Assembly (NCBI GenBank): GCA_037447605.1
Contig: CM074807.1
Coordinates: 3,108,990-3,172,989, forward strand
DNA from: Zygnema circumcarinatum SAG 698-1b
Lineage: Eukaryota > Plantae > Zygnematophyceae
DNA: 64,000 nt
Direction: 5' to 3'
In this document: positions 12,589 through 24,600 of the stretch, piece after piece
Layout: each line of letters starts with the position of its first letter
Position numbering within the stretch: position 1 is the first letter of the stretch
The notes under the pieces: generated by a model
What the model was told of the DNA's origin: nothing
Database searches by the model: none
What the model saw: the letters and a program-made list of their open reading frames with translations, nothing else
Translations under genes and position numbers: made by a program

Positions 12589-13362
12589 AACCATTCGACT
12601 GGTTGCCAACCATTGGCGCCGGATCGAAACAACCATTCGAATGTTTCGGAACCAGTGAATGCCAACGGTTGGCAAGCATTCGACTGGTTTGGAACCATTG
12701 GATCCAATGCTTGCCAACCAATAGATTGGTTGCGAACCATTGGCGTCAGAACAAAACAACCATTCGATTGGTTCGGAACCAGTGAATGCCAACGGTTGGC
12801 AAGCATTCGACTGGTTCGGAACCATTGGATCCAATGCTTGCCAACCACTCGACTGGTTGCGAACCATTGGCGTCAGAACAAAACAACCATTCGACTGGTT
12901 CGGAACCAGTGGATGCGAATGCCTGCCAACCATTGGCGCCAGATCGAAACAACCATTGGAATGGTCTGGAACCAGTGGATGCCAATGGTTGGCAACCATT
13001 CGACTGTTTTGGAACATTGGATCCAATGCTTGCCAGCCATTCGACTGGTTGCAAACCATTGGCGCCGGACCGAAATAACCATTGGAATGGTTTGGAACCA
13101 GTGGATGCCAATGGTTGGCAACCATAGGACTGGTTCAGAACCAGTGGATGCCAATACTTGCCACCATTGGCGCCAGATCGAAACAACCATTGGAATGGTT
13201 TGGAACCAGTGGATGTCAATGGTTGGCAACCATTCGACTGGTTCGGAACCAGTGGATGCCAATGCTTGTCAACCATTGGCGCCAGATCGAAACAACCATT
13301 GGAATGGTTTGAAACCGGTGGATGCCAATGGTTGGCAACCATTCGACTGGTTGCAAACCAGT
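12589..13362. repeat. Mosaic minisatellite of ~19-24-nt self-complementary units (AACCATTCGACTGGTT, AACCATTGGAATGGTT, AACCAGTGGATGCCAATGGTTGGC) with a higher-order period of ~127 bp at its 5' end
   Basis: ACCAGTGAATGCCAACGG recurs at 12651 and 12778. Units start with AACCA and mostly contain TGGTT. An outlier unit lies at ~13531-13575. Confidence 0.9.
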
Positions 13363-13388
13363 AGACTTCCTTTTTTTAATCTGGGCAG

Positions 13389-13996
13389 CCCTCCCTCCCT
13401 CCCTCCCTCCCTCCCTCCCTCCCTCCCTCCCTCCCTCCCTCCTTTTCCGCTTTACTCGTTTTCTATCCCCTTCTCCCACCTTCGCCCTCTCCCTCCCTCT
13501 CTGACTCTCCCTTGGGAGAGGGAACTACTTGAACTCCAATGGTTGTACCAATGGTTGCCGATCCACTGGTCCGACCTGTTCAACCTTACTCGCAAAAACC
13601 AGGATCAACACACGCGGAATCCACCAAGAACTGAAGTTCCACTTAGAAAATCGAAACTTTTCCCTACGCTATGATCACACGACGATTGACTGACTACACG
13701 TGCCACATGGATCCACCGCACCATTACTCCAACTCTGAATCTCGACCGTCCATCTCTGTTCAAGTGCCCATCGCAGCTCCGTCCTTTTCTCTCTCCCTTG
13801 CCCTGACCTTCCAAGATGGCTCCCAAGTCCCAATAGGATTTGGAATTTGAATGATGGAGAGAGCGGGAATGCGACTGACTGACTCCTCCAGCTCCTCCTC
13901 CAGCTGTTCTGTACTAGTGGCTCGGGACAGTCCTCCCTGCTCGCCTGCCTTCACTGCATGTATGCCTGCAGGCGGAGGCTAACCCTAAGGATCAGG
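13389..13996 (+). promoter_or_regulatory. Probable promoter and non-coding first exon of the dynein gene: (CCCT)n tract 13389-13442, CT-rich leader, telo-box-like TAACCCTAA ~13980, donor CAG|GTAAGC at ~13996
   Basis: Pyrimidine-rich leader followed by a consensus donor site upstream of the dynein ATG. No transcript data available. Confidence 0.45.
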
Positions 13997-14932
13997 TAAG
14001 CAAACCAGATGATCGTAGCTTTGTGTGCTTGCATGGTCAAATTTTCAGAGGAGTAGCAAAGTTTCGGCTTCTTGTTTCTGGATTATCCTTCTGAATAGTG
14101 CAAGAATTTGTACTTTGATCGAGTTAGCCGAGACGAATTTATTTAGAACGAGCGTAGATTAGATGCATTACGTATGGAATGTTAGTTTTTTTATTGGCAG
14201 GACATCAATCAATTGTAGCGTTAAGAGACCTATAGAGTAAATGGGGATTTACATGAAGAGCCAAAAGGAACATTTCGAAATGATTTTGCATTAACGTCTT
14301 GTAAAGAAATATCAAATAGCCAGTGAGAGAGCAGTTGTCAGTGAGCATACCAAGAGCTACTGTTCTCCTCAGGTGGCCGTATTGGCAGTTGTTGTAAAGA
14401 TGGGCAGCTCGTTTGAAACTCACAAAGGGCTGCACCGAGCAGCGAAACTTACAAGTTCTGTACGCGGCTGATATAAAGGCTTCGCTGTTTGCACTAAACG
14501 CACGCAAGCTGTCAAAACTAGCGCCCTTAAGTGCCTTAGAATCACGCGCGAGGTCGTCGGACAGTTTTCGACTAGCGCCAGCATTACTCGCGAAGCTTCA
14601 TAAAGCGAATGTACACAAGAATTTCTCCAAGAGAGCGAACCCGAGCATGGATACACATGCAAGTGGCAGTCCGCGGAAGTAAAATATTCAATCAGGTCAA
14701 ACTTCTCACACCGACAGTTGTTTCTATGGTGAGCTGGTTGCAGGTTGTGACAAGCATAGGGCTGTTTCTCAAAGGATGGTTATCTTACTTGCAAGACGGA
14801 AGCCTTCGACATTCTTGCTAATAGCGTGAAATAGCAATGCCATTTATCACCCAAACCCTTGTGGTAGACATCCAACATTGGTGCAGAACACTTTCTCATG
14901 ATAGAAAGCGTACTGCGTAGTACATTTTCTTA

Positions 14933-15632
14933 ATGGATGTTTTGAAGCCACATAGCAGCTCAGATACTGGCACAATCAACAACAACTTGGAAATTGAAGC
15001 ATTACAGCACTACCTATGGGCTGTGATACCAGCACTGACTGGAGGTGATGCACAAGCCTTAGTCTCAGTATTACATTCTCCTGAAGGACGTGCTGTTCTC
15101 GATCGAGTTGTCAGGGACAAAGACTGCCCGGCTCTCTTGGTCCATCTGATTAAATCAGAGGAAGTTGAGTCCGACACCAACCCCACTGGTTCTCCTGAAC
15201 AGTTCAATGAAGTGGCTGCTCCAGTTTTTATAAGCTCAGAAAGGAAAGACCTCCGGCATTCAGTTGATTCGGATACCAATGGCGGAACAAGGAAGGACAG
15301 AGAACTGCATACATCGGTCGCTGAATCTGATGAACACCACACTGGCTCCTTAAATGGAAAATCTTCTACGCCAAAACCGGCCTCGGCTTCCGTCGATGCC
15401 TTCCGCCTTAGCTTTGACTGGAATGATGCCCGTAATGGTGTCTGCACTGCAGCATTTGTGCGACAGCAACGAAACATCCGGCTTGACAGGCCAATGCAGG
15501 AGCAGTTTCATGTTGTTGTGCTGCCTTCACGTGGCGTCCATGTTTCCGAAGTGCTTCAGCTCCACTGGCGAAGCTTTTTGCAACCGGCGATCGATTTCCA
15601 CCATCAAAAAATATACAATCGTGAGGACTTTG
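14933..15632 (+). CDS. Dynein exon 1: N-terminal dimerisation domain
   Basis: [17 protein letters not shown]...[15 protein letters not shown] and [25 protein letters not shown]...[13 protein letters not shown] resemble dynein-1 VLQKHLRKLVPLLLE...KFLSDPQVHTVLV and [24 protein letters not shown]...ETLHSFISNAVAP. Donor TTTG|GTAGGC. Confidence 0.8.
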
Positions 15633-18600
15633 GTAGGCGTCCAGAAACTCTCCAACTTTGAAAGCAAATTCAGATCCACGTACGACATTGGTGGAGTAAC
15701 TTTTATTCAGCTCCTTGTCTTGCGAACTTATAACACATAAATCCGACAAGGGTCTGGCTTACAAAAACGAAGCGTTTTATGAGAAAAATGATCCCACTCT
15801 TTCCCATCTTGACACATCCATTCATGGCATTTAAATCATAGGATGCTTGAGACTAGTCTGAACGGCTTTGGATATAAGCATGTTTTGGCACGTTCAGTTC
15901 ATGGCAACGAATCAAGACAGATTGCGATCCCTTTCACTTGGTAGCAGGGTGCAATGTAGACGACTGACGAAAACCTTGCCAAACCTTTCTTGTCAACGGA
16001 GCTTTGAAGCTCAGTGGTTAAACCTGAATGCATTATCCAAGTTGACTTGTTATCATGCTAGTACACGGCATGTATGTGCTTTGCTACATTGAAGAATTTG
16101 CTAAGTTCCTATTCTTCATCACGCAATGCACAGTCCACAGTAGTCCTTACCTTCAGCATACACCAGCCTTTCAGAAGTTCACAGGGTGTCGAGTATATTT
16201 GAACGGGGTTGTTGTAGTCACTTTAGAGCCTGATCAAGTATGATATGCTTGTCAGATCCTCTATTATGTTCTCGGAGACTGAAGTCAAAGTGAGTTCAAT
16301 CAGGTGTGAGCACGCGGCAAGAACCACATGACAAAGTGGAGCTATTTGTGGAAACTGTCGACACGTCAAGTTTGGACGTACCTCATGTTGAATTCGCACT
16401 CCATCCACGCATCCAAGATGCGGAAAAAAATGTGAGTTGCAATCCTTATGCCTGCACAGAACATTAACAAAGGAACCATGAAATCTCGACCTTGAATTGT
16501 CCCACGAATCTACTAATTTATTGTTCGTCTACATAAATCGAATTTTGCCTTCTGGTTTGCCTCGATGCGAAACCGTACTTTGATTGTAATGAACTCACAA
16601 ACAGCGAGGCAGGCAGAGGCTCAGTTGTGATTTTAATGTTAGTATTAGTTATTATTAATATTCTATGTGGGGAGCTGCTGTATTTCTGAATGGTGGATAT
16701 ATGTTTACCGTTCATTTGTTTGCTACATACTGCAAGGCCCCTCTCCAAGTTATGAGTTATCTCGAATGTTAACTGCTGTGAGCTGCCTTACGGTTGTTAT
16801 CCTGCCTTGCAGGTGTACGCAGAGTCCTGAAGTTGTTCACTTTCATTTAAGCACTCGCTGAAAGTATGACGTCTGGTTATAGGAAAATCGCACAGTTAAG
16901 ATATTAGCGTGCTCTACTGACTCGACTGCTATTTTTAGGCCTTTCTGACGTGTCACGCTTTGGAAGGCTGGTACAGAGCAAGCGTAAGGGATCCACATTG
17001 ACAATAAGAGAGGTGGAGGGGAATCTCAAGGACACAAAGTTCTTGAATGAGCTGCAACGGCTAGTAAGCAGCTGGACCAGATCGATCATGGATGTGACAG
17101 ACATGCGCTTGTAAGTTTACTTTTTGGAGCGGACACACACTTTTCCAATAGCTGCCTCTTTTGTCAAGTGAAGCTTTCTTTTTCAATTCACATGTTTGAC
17201 ATGCTATTGAGTTGTCCCGGCACATAGGGATGCTTGGCCATCTTCAGTACACCAGGAGATGGATTACTGGACAGCACTGCAAAATGAGCTGGACAATATT
17301 GATATGCAGCTGAAATCTCCTTCAGTTGGTATGTACTTCCATCCTAAATGATGACTTTTGACACGTCTTTTTTGTATAAAACTTTTGTTTGCTCTCCACA
17401 CGCAATACATGATTTGCGGGTAACGTTGAAAGCATAGCTTGCTGCCGTCTAAAGCTGAGAAGCTTTTTCAATACGTGACCATTTCACATGACCTATGAGA
17501 CCTCGTGAATTAACGACCATATAGGCATGATGGAGTTGCCATTGTAGACTTCAGCAAAGTCCTTACAGTCAATCATCATTACCATTGTTTACTTTATTGA
17601 AGTTGTCAGTGATGTAATTTTTGCCATCTTGAATGGCCTGATATGGAACACAGACTTTCTGCTTTCGTGCAGAGGTCACGTTGGCCATTGTTCGCCAGAG
17701 AGGGAAGGCAATAGAAGCAGAAAAGCGTCTGACTGAAGCCAAGAAGGAAGGTGAGCCTCTGTTTTGTTTGGATCCTTTTGATTGCTTCTCCAGTGTTATC
17801 CTTCTCCAAATAACAATGCATGACAAGCATCGGAAAATAGGAGCAGCAGGAAAATTGAGTATTGCTCGCTTTTCGGCTTTGCTGCTGTGTTTGATGATAG
17901 GTGATGAAGACCAATGTGTAGAGGCAGTCCAGGAAATACTTGTGCAAAAAGTTCATGGCCTTAAAAGCTTTACCTTCTGAGAGAAGCGATTTCTTCGCGA
18001 AGGCAACAAATCTGAAAGGATTTGTTAGGCCTGGCGTGCAAGTTGAATTCAGCCAAAAACTTGCTTCAAGGATTTACCAATTGTGGAAAGGAAGATCATG
18101 TTTCGCTTAGACTTTTCCTTGCCTCTGTAACATTAGAAAACGATGGCAGATTTTATCAGGAATTGGCGTCAGCTGGACGGTCGTGATTTTGATTATTAGT
18201 TCATGGTTGCTTATTCCGAGTTCATGAACCTGGATAGGCCTAGACAAGGCAATTGCTTGGGCCGTGGTTCTGCTGAACATCGGCAGAAGTTATAGCCCAC
18301 TTCAAGACATTGATTTGATGATATTCTTGACGGGATCGTTCTTTTGCTGTTGGTAAGCAGTGGCCATGTACCAACATATGCTGCGAGAGTTTCCCATATG
18401 CAAGCTGCCAAGCTCTGGCCGAATGAGCAAACTCAGCTCTGACCTTAAATCTGCCTTCAAGTAAGCGCTTGTGACACACCTTCAGCTGACATGTGCCCAG
18501 CCAAATGAGTTCGAATGTGGTGCATGAGAGGGTAGTCGTTCCATTCACAATCAGATCATAAGCTGATTAGTGAATTACTGAATTTTTGAAATTTTGACGT

Positions 18601-21600
18601 GATACAATGAAGGCATATGAGACAGCGGGCAAGCACAATGGGCCAACATGGAAACATGGACACAGAACCCAACAATGGGACGACAAGGACAGGAGAAGGA
18701 GCGCCACAGAGAGTGAATTTGCTCGTACACCGGAGCCTGGGATTGGCTGTAGCTATTGGGCGAGATATGCGACATCTTTTGGTGGAGTCCCTCATAGCTA
18801 TGGACCTAATGCAGGCTCCGTACGAGGAGTTTCAAAATGTGAGAAAATGTGTGGAAGAAAGGTTTGGGTTAATTGCTGCTCTACGTCAGTTTACAGAATG
18901 GACACATTGTAGTCTGCTGATTTGCTTTGGAATACCCTTCTCTCCTCTTGCCACATCATGGCAGGCTTCCTGGCGTCTTCATCTTTCACTAAGATCGCAG
19001 TAGTCTGCCAGGCTGCTGCACTCTCGGAAGATTTTGGATCTGAATGCCTCATTTTTTTGAGTTGTCTGCAGTTTAATTCTATGCTTTCTGCCAAGAAATT
19101 TGTATCAATATAGTCGTTTTTTCAGTCCCTAGGACTTATCTTGTCTACTGCTCCTGTGCTTTCCTGCATGTGTCAGTGATGATGAGTTTTTTCATGATGA
19201 TGATGTTGATGATGAGTTCTGATGAGTTTTTCAACTTGAACACAACTTAGCAGTTAGCTTACCTACACGTGTCTCTGTTTGGCTGGACAGGCAGTACAAA
19301 TGAGCACTGAAGTTCTTGAAACACTGGAAGAAGAGGCTGTCGATTACGGAAAGTTTGTTGCAGAAACGTGTGGAACTTCTTCCTTGCCTCAGCAGGTAAT
19401 CTCCTGCTGTGGGCGGGTTTGTTTGCTTGTGATTCAGAGTTTGAGTTCCCTTACCCTGTGCCTGTTATAGAATTTGACGCCTGTAGTCAAGTAGCGTGGC
19501 CACCACGGTTTGGTCAGGTTGCAGACTAGAAAAGTGACTAATCTTGAAATAGACTGGCAATGACATGCTTCCTAGATGCACTGCTCCATGCACAAGCCTT
19601 AGAACTGAATGTTCAATGGTTTTCAAAGCGAGTTCCTGACCTGTCATTGGGGATTACACTGTTTTCCTTCTTTTGTTGGTTGGCTGGTGTAGGACTTTAT
19701 TGGACAAATTGGGTCCATCTGTAACCCGCTGAAGAACCGACTACGGCTTCTGCAAACACTTCGGAGGCAGGTGGGTGAGGGGCAACTCATGTTCGTGTCC
19801 ATAGCCTTACAGGACCGACAGCAGTGCGGAGAGTCGATCGAGAAGTGGGGAGTCTGACTGGTGCATCGATAAGCAGGTCTATTATCTAAGGTTAAGCACT
19901 ACTTTCTTTATCTTTGAGCCGGACTGCCAGAAGAAGTTGATTTTCTCAAAGTCCAGGGTCGAGAGGAGTGGGAGAGGGGACAGGCGCAGAAGGGGAGGGA
20001 ATGGGGATGGGGAACGAAGGAAAGGGAGCAGGGCCGGGAGTGGGAGAGGTAGAGGGAGCAGAGGGAGAAGGTCCAGGGGCGAGAGGAGTGGGGAAGAAGC
20101 CAGGGGCGAAAGGAGAGGGAGATGGGGCGGGAGAGGAAGGAGAGGGAGAGGGGATTGGGAAGAGAGAGAACAGTGAGAGAGAGAACCATTATTAAAAGTT
20201 GGATTACTTATTGTTGTTCTCTCATACTCAATGTAGCAATAAATCGCTGGTCATCTGGCTTGTGAAGGCCAGATGACAAGTTCCAGTTATGTCCAGTTCA
20301 CGAGTCGTCTGACTCTGTTTCAATCTCATCATCGAGACAATCATATACCATTGACTTCTTGGCTAAGATGTTGTTAATGTCAACAGCATCAACAGCTTGC
20401 AGGGGTACTTGAGCCCGCCCTCGCCCCTTTTCTTCTCAATTTTAAGTATCGGGGTATGGAACATGATCTTGCGGCAGCCCTCCGCATTCTGGCCACAAGT
20501 GATGCTCTGAAATCCTCTCCAGGTGAAGCATGCAGTCCTTGTCGGCCTCGCATAAACCTACTCGAGTTGCACACTATTTGTATCCCGTCGTAACTGATCA
20601 GAGGAGCCCCAACAGAGCTTCAGTGTTATACCCTGAGCCACATGTGCAGAGATGAGTGGCGTGCTCATGATGCTTTGACTTAACATAAACGAACATAGCA
20701 CCTGCAATTGCCATATGCTGTCAGAGGATTGCCTCGAGTAGGTTCTCAGTTGCTTCACACGCAGATATGAGAATACAATTTCTACTGTTGCCAGGCTTCT
20801 TGGAATTCTGTACGACCCTAATTCCCTTCTATGATCCGATAAATCTGAGCTATACTCGAGACTTAGAGGCCTATTGTGCTTCATGTGAGAACCTGGGTTG
20901 ACTGATTCGGTAGGCAATCATGGCAGCGATCTTGATATTGATCTGCACAGTCCTCTGATTCCCCAACATGTACGTGAAGTACATTCTCACTTTCTGATTC
21001 ACCAATTGCTTGTTCTTTGCAGACAACCCCCAGCTTTGGGCGGCAGACTTGGCTGCCCATCAGCGGTGTGTGAGGGCCGTAGAAGATCAGATCGTGCTCG
21101 CCATCCGTGGAGTGCTTCGCGATTCCAGTGCAAGTTCAAGACTGAGAATTTTGCATGGGACGTGTGCATTGCTTGCCCGACCTCAGGTAGTATTTTTTTT
21201 TTGTTATAAAGTTCCCTTTTGCCGTGTCTGTGCAGTCTATTCTCCGTCCGCTTTTGCGGTTCCTCGTTCTGTGATGTAATCTGTCCTCCAATATTTTCGA
21301 ATGTCGCAAGCTCCAATTGGTTGTTGCTATGGTCCCTCCTCTTGTTCTTGCTTTTTGATGTCATTCTGTATCTTTTTATGTGCTTCTTGCGAGGTTAGTC
21401 GATTACAGATAGAAAGTAAGAGATGAAAGAACTTTTCCAATGCTTTCTAACCGTATTGTGCATTTTCAACCTTTTTTTCTCATGTTTTGCAGATCAGGGA
21501 GACATTGCTGAGGGACTGGACCGGTCTGGTCAGGTCGCTGCAAGTAGGTGAGCATGTACGGAATACCTCGAGATTTTCTTCATGCCAAGTTTTCGGCCAA

Positions 21601-24600
21601 TGTGTAGTTTACATATCAGAGATGAAGACAAGCTTTGAGGCATTTTTATGATTCTTCCGGTGCAGACTTGCGGAGGTTGAAGGGCAGATATGCTGCAACT
21701 TCAAACTCTCCAATGGAGCTTCATGCAGCAATTCTTTTCGGGGTCTCAAATGTACCAGGCAAGGCCAACGTGTTCATTGATCGTACTCCAATCAAAGCAT
21801 CTGCTTTTCGCACGTGTTTAAAACTAACCCATTGGCGGTAATCTGGCTCTAAGGATCAAAGTGTTGCAATATTAGATTACAGCAGCTTTCACAAACAGTG
21901 TTTCAAAGTGTGAGGTTTAAGAGAGTAACCAAACAAGAGGACTGACATAGCCAAGCGGTCGATAACAAATATCTGCCCCCCAGCAACTTGCCTTCTACTT
22001 TGCTACCTCGCCACTTTGCTACTTTGCTTTGCTACCCATTTATCGTTGTTACTACGAAATCATTAGGTTCTCGAGCACTCAGAAGTATGCTCCAAAAGTT
22101 TCTTCCAAAGGGCAGCACAAGCTCGGAGGCAGTTTGGACTCATGAGGAGGTATTTTGTGGCGCATGCGAACAGGTGCGGTCATGGAAACACTGCATATTC
22201 AGAGATGGCTCGCGGAGAAAACTCGGTGGTTGCAGGACTTGCTGGCAGCCATTGGGGATGATGTTGAAGCCCAAAATCTCATCTCCCAAATGAAGGCATT
22301 CCACTCCCAGCTGGATGCCCAAAAGGTCGCAATTCTCACAGCTCCTAGACATGAGGGCTATTGCGTGTGCCGTTTTCCCTTACATGGGGGCTGTGTAGCT
22401 ATTTCTTTGCAAAAAGTTAATCAGCAAAGTTTGGGAGTCATTGTGAGCGGAAGTTTACCTTGCTCGGGTCAGGGCTGGGATGCAGCTACTGAGCAGATGG
22501 CAGAAAGAAGCTGAAGGCTCAGGACTTGAGCTGACCGGCCCCGTTCTGGATATTGTGCCTGATGGTGCAGAGAATGGGTTTAAGGTGAGTCGTTTGGAGA
22601 CTACTCTTTGAAGTTTTTGCATTCAAATCTCGTCCAATGTTACAGCACGAGTTGGTTTTCATCGGTCAAAATATATACTCTTTCTCCTGCATGTTCCCAA
22701 AGTTAACTGTTGGTTCATGTTATAAGTGGGACAACCTGGCCTAGTTTGGAAGGTATTGGAGCTTTTGATGGAAAAAACCAATCGTATTCACTTAGAAAGA
22801 CTAGCAAGGTAAAGCCCTCCATCTGTAGCTGTTTGCTTAGGAACGTACTCACAGACTAGTTGGTAGTCCGAACTTCCTGTTTGACTTGCAAAGTAGGTAT
22901 GCCTCCGCCTCTGACTCTCCCGCTCACTGGTTTACTTCTGATTGCTACAGATGTTTCTCATATCCGTAACTAAGTTAGTTAAGCAGCACAAACGGACACT
23001 TCTTTGGATGCGGGGAATCTGAAACAATCTCTATGTGATGCAAATTTTAATCCTTTCTGCTGATCGATCTATTTCCTTAGTTTGAGCTTACATGCTGTTT
23101 ATCTGTGACACCAAGGCACGCTGTGCAAAGACGTGAAACGAAGGCTATAGACTTATTGTCAGGATCCTTCTTTGCCGGAATCACTTTCACTCGAAACAAA
23201 CAAATAATCGAAACCTTTCTACTGTACCTCTTACAGGTCCGTTACAACCCGAAGCTTGAACAATTTGCGAAGGATGTCCGCAGCTTGCAAGGGCTCGGCT
23301 GCCCCATTCCCCATTCTCTTCTTTCTTTGGCCTTTTCTGCCCATGAAGCCTTGCCTTCTGCAACAACATTAGAGCATGTTCTGTACTGTGTTTCGCGGTT
23401 GCGCGCTGCTCTTCCTTCGGAAGCATGGCTTTTGGTGGACGAGAGCTGGAAAGAAATGGATAAAATTCTTCGTGAAGGTATTCTTCACCCCTTGCTTCAC
23501 GTGCTTACTGACAGAAAGCACGACTCCGTTGACTGATGGGTTGGTTGACTGGTTAGTCAGTTGAGCTGTTCAGACAGTATAAATTTCTGCCAACATTGGA
23601 CGGCAATATTTAGCCTCACCACTACCCAAGTGTGCTCGCTTCTCTGACTCCTTTTAGTGAGGCAATTACTTCTCATTAAGGGCTATAATTGTGCTTAAGT
23701 CACACAAAGCAGCCAGTGAACGCATGTTATGAGCTGAGGCGTGTGCAGGACTTGACGTGGATTGGGACATGGACGAGGAAAGCCTTGAGGCCTATGTGAC
23801 TAGGGTTTGCGAAGCTTTTGAGTTGCTTGAAAACAGAATAATGGCAGTCAGTCGTCTGCATTTCAAGGCAAAAGAGGCCTTGGCTGCCCTTGCATCCTGC
23901 CCTTATCAGGTGAGTTTGCCACAAATCATAGGCTGCTATAGAAGGCGAATAGTTCTAAGTTATGCAGGTCCTGTACGCAAACCTCAGCAGGCAGACGATC
24001 TATTTGCCCGTTAATCCGTGTCCCATTGTTAACTGCAACTAGCAATATTCACCACTTTCTGACTTTCTACTTGTATTGCAGAATTGCATTCAGCATGATC
24101 CTTCTTTTGCTTGCTTATAAACTTGCTCTGATCCGCTTCTTTCCGCTGCCTTAGGAGCTCCCAAATGCCGTGGCCTGCCTTCAAGAAGTGACCCTCGAAG
24201 TGGAAGGGCCGGGCAGCTCAAGCACTGCCCTGCATATCTGGGCTGCCCCCTTCAAGCTTTGCGTCACACAGCACCTTTGGGAACGGGCCACAAATGCATT
24301 GTTCACCTGGCTGACACACTACTCAAAAGAGCAACTTGTGAGCCCTTCGCACAAGGTGAAACGTCTGCCATTTATTCGCATAAATACAAGCTGATGTTTC
24401 GTTGTGCAACGAGCCATGATGATTTCTGAAGCTGACATTGAATGTTGGGTAACTACTAGAATCTAGTGTTCAATCGAGGAAGGTGGGCGTGCAGGGGATA
24501 AAAATTGTGTTAAGTAATTTGGGTCAGTTTCAATACGAAATACGGATAGCGACAATGCTCGCTAAGGTTTGGTAGTGCAGTTCAAATTCGCTTAATTGAG

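Noticed and set aside
12589-13362. CRISPR-like array
   Set aside because: No constant repeat alternating with unique spacers; the intervening sequences are themselves repeats. Eukaryotic context and no cas genes.
12388-13674. Repeat-encoded proteins (245 aa on -, 379 aa on +, and others)
   Set aside because: Overlapping ORFs on both strands are explained by stop-poor repeat units. No splice or codon evidence favours any one frame.
19174-19235. Intronic C/D-box snoRNA (TGATGA ... CTGA)
   Set aside because: The motifs lie inside a degenerate (GAT)n repeat with no terminal stem or guide sequence.
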